DNA of 64,000 nucleotides from Fimbriosthenelais zetlandica (taxonomy: Eukaryota), in assembly GCA_977030845.1 (NCBI GenBank), contig OZ365110.1:32302001-32366000 (forward strand). The letters run 5' to 3'. The notes below the pieces were generated by a model, which worked only from the letters and a program-made list of their open reading frames with translations, ran no database searches and had not been told where the DNA came from. Below are positions 26,501-38,948 of this stretch, piece by piece. The first letter of the stretch is position 1. The number at the start of each line of letters is the position of its first letter. The translations under genes and the position numbers were made by a program.

Positions 26501-29339
26501 TTAAAGCGGCACTGTCATGGCCGAACGGTCGTAGTTCGCGTTCTCTCCGCTTGAGGGCCGCCGCGCGGTGATGCCATCTATCGCCACTTTTTCGATCTTG
26601 GATTTACTTCCGGTATTCCCTAGCAACGCTTTGATGGACCCGCCGGGAAACTTGCAAGTTTTTTTAAGCTCACGGTAAGTGTTTTGCCAGTGTTTTATAT
26701 AATAAGGCAATACAATAATAATAATGTGTAACTGTAAGAATGGAGTTTTGGCTGACAAATGCGGGGGTTTGGGCTTCCACTTCATACTTGGTGGAGTTTG
26801 AGAGATGCTCAATGCAGTCCAGTCGTCTCGGAATGGGGGTTCTGATTTTCTGATTATCAATCACCGATGGTGAATTTTACCACAGACTTTCTAGTTTGTA
26901 ATTTTACTGAGGCCATATTTTTATATTATTGAAATGTTATGAATTTGGGAAATATAACGTTAGTACTCTTTACTAGTATTAATTTTCTGGGAGAGAATAA
27001 TAGTGAACTAGTCTTACTAGACTATTAGTATTCTACTTAGACAGGTTTATATTCGAAGTCTTATCGAAGTCTAATCAAGGATAGACTACTACTCTTACTC
27101 TATTTACAACAGTAACTCTACTATCCTTGGTCTAATTACTAAGACTAAGGCCGACCTTGTGAGCCTTGTGGCTATTCACTGCTCAGCTTTTGTCAAGCAG
27201 TTTATGCACAGACAGGTTTTGACGTTTCCAGACTAACGATCACAGACAGTCTAGATTTTATTTATTTAAAAAAACAACCCTACACACACGACTACTGGCC
27301 ACAACATGACACAACTTCAGTCTTCACGACACAAGGCTCAACTAGACTCGGAAAACATTGTTATTGCCTAGTATTTGTAGGCCTATCATTATTCTAGATC
27401 TAGATCTAAAGCCACTCATTATTTTCTGGCCGTTTTCCCACCCAGTCAGGCTAGTGCTAAGTATCAGCTCTCGAAGAACAACTTCTCGTTGTTTTCATAA
27501 AATTTGATCTCATTCGAAACTTCGATAGATATTTATGATATTGATATGGTGCATTTTTGTTCTTCAGCTATGGGACGCTTAATCGCTTATGTGTGACCCC
27601 GAGGTCAAACGGTAGTTTAGCCTAGTACACATCGTCACCAGGTAAGTGTTCTTTCATATAAAAAAAATCACAGTCACAGATCTAATATTTGAGAATAATT
27701 GGTAATATTTCCTAGATGGATATGTCTAGACTATTTACTCTTGTCTGACACTGGGGAAAGTGCCAAACTTTGATAAGATCTAGATATAGACTCTATATAG
27801 ACTTTTAGTGTTCTCAGATGTCACGGCCATAATGGGAGGGATTATTAAAAAATGATTAGATCTATTCTGAAACAAAGTAAATGCTTGTCGCGTTTTACTG
27901 CTTTTGAAAGACAGGTTTCCAGGCTCCAACACCCGACTACTGGCGTCATCTCTAGGTATATACTGTATATCACTAATAAAATGAAATAATAAGTTATTTT
28001 CTCTGACTGCTGTGTACTGTACATCAAAACCATTAGATCCTACTGAAAGTACTATTTCCTAAACTGTCATACTCAGTACGAGCAGTACTGGTCATACTCC
28101 AAATGCACATTGCCAATCTAGCTCAGAAGTTTGTCTATCCCAATTTCAAAAAAAATTTTTATTTTTTTTTATATCCATTGGACAATAAATTTTATTGGTT
28201 AGATCTAGATCTAATTATAATATATTTCCATCTAGATCTAGGACCATTTTAAAAACATATAAGCTTGACCAGCATAGGTACATATGAGATTGAGATATAT
28301 TATTGTCATTAGAAGATCATAAAAAAAAAATATAAGTTAATCCACATTATCATTTTGACACATGGTGTATTTTTGTTCCCCAGATTTGGACTTGATTTGG
28401 TTCGACCGCCAACGCACACGGCGCACCTAGACACATGGTAAGTGTTAGTTCTCATAGAAAAAAGCTATGTCAGAATAGAAGGGATAAGCTTTTTATTTGT
28501 TGCTGTCACTAGGGTAAGGCGACAAATATTGGTAAAATCCCAAGTTTCTCAGATAACATAGGAGGGAGTGAATTGTTTCCTCTGGCCCTCACCTAATCTT
28601 TACCTTTTGAATGACAAATGTGAACATTTATATACATATATTATTATAATTACATTGTATGTATCCAGGTCCCAGCTGCAGACTACTGGCATCATCCCGA
28701 AATTTATCTACCGACTACTAATGTACCGTAACCATTTTTTTTATTTTTTAGGAATTAATCCACTAATACCTCATCTGCTATCATTATGGCATTTGCTATG
28801 TATATGATTTGGTTTCTAGTAGAATAAGTTTAATTCTTTTTTCCATTCATAATGACACCTTTTTTGACAGTCAAGGCCGTAAAGAAATCGTCAAATGAAC
28901 TTTGGCTATAACAATTTGGCCAATATCTATCACCGATTTATGTTACAATCCTTACCTCTTTTCTAATTCTACAATATTATACATGGAGTCAATACCAATG
29001 AAATATTTTCACGTTGATTTGCAAGCTGTCATTTGAAAGATTTTTTTTTTCGACCAAAGGAACCCATTAGGTCATGTGTTTATGAATATTGTAGTTCTAA
29101 ATTTTTGGAGATTTTTTGGGTGATTAACGAGGAACTTTTTCCTTTGCCTTATTCTGAAACTTCACAGTAAGTGTATGGTACTATTTGTGAAAATCTAAAT
29201 CCAGATTACGTAGACGTGGCTCTTTCAATGGAATTGGTTGCTAATTAATTGTATGCTTTCATTGATTTAATTGATTTTTCGCTCTTTTGAGTGGAGTGAG
29301 AGTGGAGTGATGCATTTGGGGGCGGGAGGGAAGGGAAGG

Positions 29340-29990
29340 GAAGGGAAGGGAGTTTGATTGGAAAGTGGGTTAGGATTATGGTAGGGAAAGGGGAAGGGGG
29401 TTGGATTGGAAAGTGGGTTTGGATTATGGTAGGGAAAGGGGAAGGGGGTTGGATTGGAAAGTGGGTTTGGATTATGGTAGGGAAGGGGGAAAGGGGTTGG
29501 ATTGGAAAGTGGGTTTGGATTATGGTAGGGAAAGGGGAAGGGGGTTGGATTGGGAGGGGGAGGCGAAGTGGTTTGGATTATCATGCAGCGTTTGACATAC
29601 ATGTAAGTTTGTGTCGTAGTGCCCGGAAAATGGAGGGTTCCCTATTGCCTCGTGAACAAGTGTTATGATATGTGGAGGGGAAGGGTTTTGGAATATGGGA
29701 GGGGGGAAAGGGTTTGGATTGTGGAAGGAGGATGGGAAGAGGTTTGGATTGGTTGCAGGAAGCGGGTGGGAATGGAAAGAGTAGGGAGGGGGTGGACTTG
29801 GGGAGTTGGGATGGAATGGGTGAAGGGCGGGAGGAGAATGGTGTAGATTGAATCATATAAGTAGAAAGTAGTCTTTCATTACCAGATTTTGTGTACCTAA
29901 CATTAGACATAGGGCCACATAATAGTCTTTTCTACTTCTATGGATTGAATGGAGGAGTGGGGATGGAATGGGTGAAGGATTCGATTGATT
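29340..29990. repeat. G-rich 48-bp minisatellite (~4.5 copies) and degenerate continuation
   Basis: Unit ggtttggattatggtagggaaaggggaagggggttggattggaaagtg repeated 29354-29560; explains the periodic ORFs at 29267-29668. Confidence 0.9.
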
Positions 29991-29995
29991 GGGGG

Positions 29996-30590
29996 AATCC
30001 CAATACATGTAATAACTCACTGTTCCTTCCAGTTGTTCTAATCACAATAATGACTTACTGTTTCTTCCATTAGTTCTAATCCCAATACATGTATAATAAC
30101 TCACTGTTCCTTCCAGTTGTTCTAATCACAATAATGACTTACTGTTTCTTCCATTAGTTCTAATCCCAATACATGTAATAACTCACTGTTCCTTCCAGTT
30201 GTTCTAATCACAATAATGACTTACTGTTTCTTCCATTAGTTCTAATCCCAATACATGTAATAACTCACTGTTCCTTCCAGTTGTTCTAATCCCAATAATG
30301 ACTCACTGGTCCTTCCAGTTGTTCTAATCCCAATAATGACTCACTGTTTCTTCCAGTTGTTCTAATCCCAATACATATAATGACTCAATGTTTCTTCCAG
30401 TTGTTCTAATCCCAATAATGACTCAATGTTTCTTCCAGTTGTTCTAATCCCAATAATGACTCGCTGTTTCTTCCAGTTGTTCTAATCCCAATACATATAA
30501 TGACTCAATGTTTCTTCCAGTTGTTCTAATCCCAATAATGACTCAATGTTTCTTCCAGTTGTTCTAATCCCAATAATGACTCACTGTGTC
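29996..30590. repeat. 38/44-bp minisatellite with higher-order structure
   Basis: Monomers ttctaatcccaata(catgta)at(g/a)actcactgtt(t/c)cttccagttg, arranged as 3 dimers then 3 trimers. Confidence 0.9.
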
Positions 30591-31630
30591 CCACTGTTAT
30601 TTTTGTTATTTTACAATCCGGAGTTTCTAACCCTAATATCATTTTCCTCGTCAATTAACTCAATGTTTCCTACATTCTAATACAAGAAACACAATGTTAC
30701 ATTTTCAATACATTCATGTATCGTGCCATTTTGGTATGACAGTTGACTCAATGTTTCCTACATTATCATTACAACTGACTCAATGTTTCCTGCATTATCA
30801 TTACAATTGACTCAATTACTCAATTTTCTTCAGCTACACATAATGACTCATTTGCTGTTGTTCTGAAATAGATAATTAAGTAGGTGTACATAGTGTTTCA
30901 GAGATAAAGAGTGCAGTAAAGATACCCATTAGCCCAACCTAAGCTGATACTAACCTAAGCCTCACTGATCTTTGCATGCCACTGTACCAGATGATGTATA
31001 TTGTCTTATGGTAATGATGTAATGTAATGATGATAGGAGATCCTTTTATATGAATCTATGTCTAATCTGGCTGAAATATATCTAGGTTACAAAGTAACGC
31101 TTGTCAGACCAGAATGAGGAAGCGAGAGAGGGAGAGAGAAGGGTACAAAGAGAAGGGCGAGGGCAAAGAGACTGAGCTTGGATATTACATGGGCTTATAA
31201 AGTTAAGGTCAGAGGTCAACAGCCAATGAGGGGAAAGAGGCGGGTCCAGGCCCACAGATGCATGGTAACTGGACCCAAGACATATGACAGAATGATTAAT
31301 GACAGGTAGGGGTGTGTTAGGTATAGGAGAGGGGCGATAGGGACTATTACGTAATAGACATAGGGCCTAGTGTAGGAGCCCTCCAGGTAAAGAGGTCCGC
31401 CTGGTGGCTCTCTGATAGGGGAAGCATAGATATAGAAGGTAGAGAACAAAGGAATATGAAGGATAAAGGATTAATAATCATTATAAAACATTATAAAACA
31501 TCATAAAACATTATAGAATATAATTAAATATTATATTAGAGAGTGTTACGGCTAGGCGTAACACCACCTTAATGTGAAATTACTAGTTACATGTATGGTA
31601 TTCAAATGCAGAAATCGGCCCAACCTGCAG

Positions 31631-34600
31631 CACCCCTAAAGATCAAGAGTCAGCCGCATGTAAAAGGAGATGTAAGTAAATACATAAGGGCAATAAGAAT
31701 GATTCCTTTGTCATTTCGAGTGAAGGTTACTTTCAAATGTTTTAGAAATAAAATGTAATGCATTTTAATGCACGCCTTAATAGACATTTGTGCTATATAC
31801 ACATGGTTTATCTTAATAGTTGAAGGCATTGATATGAGTATGACACCGATCAAACCAGCCAGAGCAGCCGCAAAACGGCTTAGCATGGAGGAGATAAGAG
31901 ACCATCGAGACAGTGTACCGGTATCCCCGATTATACCCTTCATGACACCCAGTGCCAACGAAGGTAAAATTCTTATATACGTAATAAAAATAATTACCAT
32001 ATTTGCCGGAGTATAAACTACACCTGACTATAAACCGCACCCCCTGGCCGCTCAGGTTAAAATCCATATATAACCCGTTGTTTCTATATATAGTAATCCA
32101 TATAAAAAGCGACAATGCATGATATTTTTGAACATGGTCATCTGACTTAATTCCAGAAGTTGTATACTTAACACCAGCCAAAGGGGGCATACCTGACAAG
32201 GACAAGGACTCACCGTTGTCATATTCTCCTCAGTTATATGAGTCAGATGACGAATTGTAAGTAAAAGAAACATTTGTAACTCTCTTCCCCCACCTCCACC
32301 ACCTAACATGTCTGCCTATCTCTCTCACAATTTCCCTCCCTCAACTCCGATCAGGTTTTCAAATTGGACATTTATTGGTTTGTTCCAGTTTACCTGACAT
32401 AACGGATATTGTTTTCAACAATGAAGATGAGGAAGTAGGCCTACACGAACACGAAGAGGGGGATGCAAAACATTTTTGCAAAGTTCAAATGTCAAAGGAG
32501 GAGGCGATCAATGCCAAGAAATCTTTAGTTTTTAATGATTGTCTATTGATTTTATTGAAATGCGCTGTCGGCGAGACGTGCTACAAGTGTCAAACCCCCA
32601 TTAAGTTTAAACCGACGAAGATAGGCACATGCCTCCTTGTGAAGTGGTCGTGCCCTAAGTCGGCGAAGGGCGAGAGCCACAGCAATGGTTGCTGGGCGTC
32701 CCAGCCGTACATCGCAGGGATGTACGCTGGGAACATCCTGACCTCCACTTCACTCATCCTGTCGGGGAATAATTATGCAAAGGTGGCGTTGATGGCAGAC
32801 TTCCTAAATCTGAACTTCCTATCTGAATCAACCCATTACAGGTATGGATCTCAATTGATAACATAATTTATATGGATCTAGATTAGTTCATTAAACTTGC
32901 CTCACGTTTTCATTTCTCAGAATTTTTAAGCATTTATATCATTTGATTTTAGGATACAGTCCAGGTACGCCCAGCCAGCTGTAAATGAGTACTGGGAGAC
33001 TACCCAAGCCCATCTCCTCCAGGACCTCCAAGGTCCCGTTGTACTGGCGGGAGATGGGCGAAATGATTCCCCAGGACATAAGGCCAAATACCTGACGTAT
33101 AGCTTGATGGATGTCGAAACGTCTAAAATATTATCCATGGCCGTGGTGGACTGCAGGGAGACCGGGCTAAACAGTGTTGTTATGGAAAAAGTTGGATTTA
33201 CCCGCGCTATAGCCCATATACAAAGCAAGGTGCAAGTGACTGAAGTCGTCACGGACGCCCACCCACAAATAATGGCTCTGATGAGTAAGTAAGACCTAAA
33301 ATCACTTGATTTGTAGCGCCATGATTCTTGATACCTGAGTGAGTTATCGAGATCATCTCAATCACTTTGGCTGATATAAATTTGACTTATTATTTAGAGA
33401 AAGATGTCAAATACCAGAATATGGTTCACCAGTGTGACGTCTGGCACGCTAGCAAGAACATCACCAAGAAGCTAGTTGCTGTGAGTACAAAGCTCGATGG
33501 AATCAGGACATTTTTGCCCCCCCACCGCCGTTACCACGTTTTGTTTAAATTTTCTTCCTATCTCCTATTATATACTGTTGTTGAAGACACCAGTGTTCCA
33601 GCTTGCTTCTCTTTAACCGTTAGAGGGTTATGTAGCAATCATTAAAATACAGGGGAGGGCATGGAGTTATAAATATTACAATATATAAATCATACATTTT
33701 TATTAGTCATATTCTAAAATTATGTCTTATGAACTTAAGTAAAATCATGTGTGACTCTTATGGAAAGCTAGGTTCATTGATTTCCAGTCAACCCCACTAC
33801 ATATCTGTATTCTTCTCGTAACCTATTTTCAATATGCTGTCAACATTTCACCCCAAAGCAGAATCATTTACTACCCATAAATTTCTCCTATTAAAGGCTG
33901 GAAAGGAACGTGGAATGGGAGACCTGACGGCGTGGATCCCATCCATAAAAAACCATCTCTGGTACTGCGCACGGACATGTGGCGGGGATTCAGACAAACT
34001 CAGGGTGAGCCAATACAAAATATAATAATGGTATAACAATATCAACAGAAAATATAACAGCATATTCCAGCTCTAGTGAATTTCTTCTATTATTCGGTTC
34101 CCAAGGTTTGTGATTGATTATATGGCCCCTTTCTATTCCTGTACATGGATTGAAATTTCAGAGAAATTGGGCAACTTGTCTGTCTCACGTCTGCAACAAA
34201 CACACGTGGCTGGACTTTACTGGGCGCACCAATGGGAGGTGCAACCATCCCATTCCCCTTCCCCCCGATGAACAGCAGAAGCCGTGGTTGGAGCCGGGTT
34301 CCAAAGTACATAAAAGGTTGACAGAGATTCTGCTCGACAAGCAACTATTAAAGAAAATGGAATATCTGAGGAACTTCAGGTAAATTGAGAAACTGAAGCC
34401 ATTAACACAGTACAAAGTAATAAACAAAGGAATCTATCAGGGGAGGGTTTCATAACAATGTCTTAGTGTATGAGAAAGGCCCCAGGTCGTACATATTAAT
34501 TAACAATGACTTTGAATGTTCAGTAAAGGCATCAACATTCCTTGCTCTTGTTCTTCAGACACACTGGACAACTAGAGCTTTTTCACAGCCATCTCCTGAT

Positions 34601-35490
34601 GTATTGCCCAAAGAGGCTCGCCTTCAAGTAAGTTAAACAGAAAAATGAAATACATGCATTGACATTCAGTAGACTGATAATAAATCAGAGTCTTTGCGGA
34701 ACACATACTTAATTTGCTGAATTCCAAATGTTTCAGATATCCGAATTATCTGATGCGGAACCAATTAGCAGCCCTTGATTTCAACCACCATGTTGATAGG
34801 CAGAATGCCACCGACAAAGAGGGAGAATTAAGGTGAGGATTACTATAGTTACTAATGGACATTATATTCAATGGCAAGTTACATCTTGTAGATTCGCTTA
34901 TTCTTGAAGTTTAATATCAAAGACATACACATAAAGCACATGTAAAAACTTTTAAGAACAGATTTATTTACATCAAAATTTAATTCGCCATTTTATCCAT
35001 AATGATAATGCAAATGTGGTTCAATGTACATTTCTAATTATATAGTACAGTAAGTTACATCGTTTTTCCTGAGTTATATAAATTCGTTTCACAGTTACTC
35101 TTTACATAAGGTACATGATCTGTATTCATCTCTACATGTACTTATTTATTGGTACACTTCTCTTACAATACATAATTGTACTGTTTGAAACCATGTTAAT
35201 CAGGTATTACTGTCCTGTTTCCCATTAGGTACAGATGCTACTACAGTAAGGCGACAAAGAACTGGAGCGCGGTGCCTGCCAAGGAGGCTAAGTCATACAC
35301 GTACATCAAGGAGCTCATACAATGTGTCTATAGCAAGAGGGAGGAGGAGCATGGAGAAGTCCCCATTGCCACGCCACATGGACTACATGACAACGACCCA
35401 TCCCGACTGCAACCCACCATTGCAGCAGTCCCCAAACCCCCCAAAGCTGTACTGGTTGAACGCCACCAATCCCGATTCCTTAACAATTAA
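31631..35490 (+). CDS. Kolobok DDE transposase (at least 634 aa; 5' exons unresolved)
   Basis: Exons 31631-31671, 31820-31963, 32157-32256, 32389-32841, 32953-33284, 33398-33480, 33897-34004, 34162-34379, 34559-34627, 34737-34832, 35229-35490. All are GT-AG, phase-consistent and stop-free. Motifs: GDGRNDSPGH (D at 33053), VVTDAH (D at 33254), HQCDVWH, NHLWYC, HTGQLELFH (E at 34575), LAALDFNHH, C-terminal HQSRF. Confidence 0.9.
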
Positions 35491-35642
35491 AGTACCCTCC
35501 CTACCTCCGAAGCTGGTTGATAGGCCCAGCACCAATCCCGATTCCTTAACAATTAAAGTACCCTCCCTACCTCCCAAGCTGGTTGATAGGCCCAGCACCA
35601 ATCCCGATTCCTTAACAATTAAAGTACCCTCCCTCCCTCCCA
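35464..35642 (+). repeat. 66-bp tandem triplication spanning the transposase stop codon
   Basis: caccaatcccgattccttaacaattaaagtaccctccc... starts at 35464, 35530 and 35596. Confidence 0.9.
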
Positions 35643-36344
35643 CCGAGATAAATGTAAATAATTAATGTAAATAATATGTAAATAATATCCCCATGCCTCA
35701 CTCGACTCGTGATGAACCAGTTTTAACACGGACAATTTCACGCATATCTCCAGTCAAGTGGGGAGGGGGGTGGTGAAGTTAACAAATTGTCTTTAATTTT
35801 ATAGTAGATCTAGTTCAGTTCAGAAATAGTTTCCTCATAAAAATCATTACAATTAAAATTTTATATTGGTACATTTTTCTTTGGTATCAAAGAAAGAGTT
35901 TTACTTGTTTACATGTGTATAGTTTAAATTATAAGAAATAATTGTCAGAAGCTGTATTCTGGACTTGGGAAAGGGGGACGGGTAGAATAAGTCATCACAT
36001 ATGTGTGAGTGAGTGAGCGCATGTCAGAGAGATTGATTGAATGCCTGCATGACTGAGATTAAACTAGTATAAATTTAAAAAAAAGATATCAAAACTTCTC
36101 TTGTTTTGACTTGATCATACTACATTGTATGTGTACTGAACTGGGTTGACATGCGAGTTGGAAAGGGAACTGGAATTATAATACTCAGTTTTCCTCAGCG
36201 AATGTATATTCGGAATAGTGACAAAAGTATGACCAGGCAGGATCAGCCAGGGCTAAATGTATAATACCCAACCCTTGCTCATGGTATACATGGTATACAT
36301 AACAATTTGCCCCCTGTTGTACATGAATGCCTTTTAGATATACA

Positions 36345-36500
36345 GGCTAACTGACATATGCCATGTGCATGAAGCATGATACCTCAGTGAGGCAGCACTA
36401 TAAAAGAGCATAGGGCTCACTGTCACAAGTAGGCACGACCATGATTATGATATAACTAAAACATTGTTGAAAGTGACCGTAAACCCCATACAATACAATC
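36345..36500 (+). mobile_element. 3' half of a MESC-like SINE inside the transposon
   Basis: tgatacctcagtgaggcagcacta...ctcactgtcacaagtaggcac...ttgttgaaagtgaccgtaaacccca(tacaa)n matches the reverse complement of the 60674-60990 copy. Confidence 0.7.
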
Positions 36501-37179
36501 ACTTGTAGCGCTCAATAGTCCTATGCGACTTTAGACTCATTTACTGAAAATACATCACATATGTTTGGGCAGACACAACAGGGTAGTGAATAGGCTTATA
36601 GACATAGCAGCTGGCATGGCGTTAAATCACCATTCATTCAACATGGTAGTTATGTAAGTTAGTAGCTGTGAAGCTTGCACAATTGGTCTTATATTCCATA
36701 AAGTAACTCATCTAAATGACCCAGTCTCCTGAGAATATTAGTTAACTATTATTTTCATACATTAATTATTTTAGAATCAGGATATAACAGTATAGCATTG
36801 TGTTAGGGCCGTCATAATTTTTTCTTCACTCAAAACCTTTTAGCTAATCGTTTTTCATCTCGAAAGGAAAAAACATATTTAAAACATTACTTGCCATATT
36901 TAAGATGCTATCCGGGAATACAATTATATTACTAGTTCTAACATACATAACCTATACTGTACATATAAGTAATGCATAAAGGAATGACGGTCGTAATATT
37001 ACACAATTATCTGTATCACTATCAACTTGCTAAATTGTTTTTAATAAATCTTACAATGTTTCTAATCACAACGTACTGTTTCATGGAAATGATTCCCCTA
37101 AGGCTCAATATAAATGTGTGTTATGTTTCCAGGAGACTGTCTCATGTGGTCTCTTACTTTGTGAGCGAAATTATTCCGC

Positions 37180-38948
37180 TCACAAAGTAAGACGATCAGG
37201 ACGTTTAAAACCTGTATATACACCATCAACAGATGGATAGTGCTGTCTGACAAGACAGACAACACAGCTTGGAATGACTACCCTGTTGTGTCTCCCCAAA
37301 TGACCAAACCGCCATAAAACAAACTGGCGGTAGGCCATGTGACGGAGAGTGTCATTACTATCTGGACTGTCATTAGTAACGAAAACTTCGTTGTGGTTAA
37401 TGACAGCCAGATGTAGGCACTCTCGGGATAGAACCAGGTGATTGATAGGGCCAGCACTGGTGACAGAGATGCAGGGACCTGGTCGCATCCTGTGGCGGCA
37501 GCATAGTTCTTCGTCTGGGGTGGGCATGGGGCGGCACCTGCCACAATTACACCATACTGGTGCCTCCTCCTCCTGGGGTGGGCGGGGGGTCAGGACATGT
37601 GCCATGAGGTCGGGGTACATGGCGACGGTTCTCTCGATGATGCTAATAAGGGAGTCACGTGACATGAGCCTTAGCTGGAAAAGAGGGAAATCAAATGTCT
37701 GCTTAAGTAATAGCAGACTTTCTCCACATTTGGTACAAAAGCTTCTGAAACGAAAATATGTAAAACACTAGCGTATCAAAGATGCAAGTTGTCCATTCAA
37801 TCAGAATGCCCTTAATTAATAATAGGCCTATATTCATGAATGAAAATCTTTAGATCTGTTTATAATTCTTACTTCGATATTTGGTGGACAGTTGCCCGAC
37901 TCCACACGCCTTTCTCTTGGCCCATCTTCTGCCATAGGGATATCTTGACTATCCTGAGGAGGAAAAACCAGTTAAATATCTGGGTTACGCCTACCACTAT
38001 GAAATAGTTAGCCAGAGTACTAGGGCGATTTAAAAAACAAATTTTTCACATACACATAGAAGCCACAATATTTGTCAGAGCACATGTGATATTACATACC
38101 TGTACAATAAAGGACGCCTCGCTCTGGTCTTCAGCAGCATGCTGCAGACTGGTGTTTGCCTCACTATCGACGGTGAACGGCGGGTCGTCCCCAAAGGCCA
38201 CTATGAGTCCCTGCCGTGAAATAATTAGACTTAAGAGTTACTGCTGTTCATAATTTATGATATGTAGGCTTTTGGAATTGAGAAAAGAGATAAGGCCACA
38301 TTTTTTAATTGGTTGGTTCTCGAACAAAATAGGTCTAAATATTTTTGGGGCGGGCGGGAAAAAAAACAATTTTTTTTTATTCACAGTAGTCAGCTTTCAA
38401 AAAGAAAAAAGTCGGCGGGGGGAAATAATTATTGTTTAATATAAATGTATGACTTTTTTTTTAAATCTTCATTAAAAGTATATATAAACTGCTAAAAACC
38501 ATTGATCTGTAGGTCTATGATATAAACATTTTTAAACTTCTGAGGTAGGAAGGTAAAAAAAAAAAAATTTTCGTTTTGCCTGGATCTTACGTCGGCGGAT
38601 CTGCTAATGCAAAAAAAAATATTTTGTCTATTTTTTAAAAATTTGTGTAGGCGGGTCCGCGAACCAAACAATAAAAAAAATGTGGCCTAATGAAGGATTT
38701 TGGAAAGAAATACATGTGGAAAAGTGGCACACCTCTTCCTCGCTCTCTTCCCCTGAGCAGTCCTCTTCTTCCCAATCCCTGTTCCTCCCTCTTCCGAGTC
38801 TATTGGAGCATTTCATTTTCCCCGTCCCACACTGACACATCGACGAGCAAAAAGTTCCATTTGCCAGGCAAGGGCAACCCCCTCTCTTATTTGCGCCACG
38901 GTTACACAGATTTTTGCAGTGACATATCGTTGGGTCACTTGACGCCAT
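37180..38948 (-). CDS. Kolobok accessory protein (300 aa): N-terminal 9-Cys CXC domain, acidic linker, C-terminal P2X7-ballast-like (ZCD/'CCHH') domain
   Basis: Exons 38948-38733, 38210-38100, 37953-37873, 37674-37180, all phase 0, total 903 nt. N-terminus CHCKNLC..CPC......C...CQC......CSN. C-terminus WCNCGRC..EELCCR..PGPCI..LVLSR..RHMAYRQFVLWRFG..IPSC..YTGFK. Confidence 0.88.

Noticed and set aside
29996-30590. CRISPR-like appearance of ~38-44-bp periodic repeats
   Set aside because: No unique spacers and a eukaryotic context; this is a minisatellite.
37180-37665. Calling this a P2X7 receptor gene (P2RX7)
   Set aside because: Only the ballast-like domain is present; there are no transmembrane or ectodomain exons, and it lies inside transposon TIRs.
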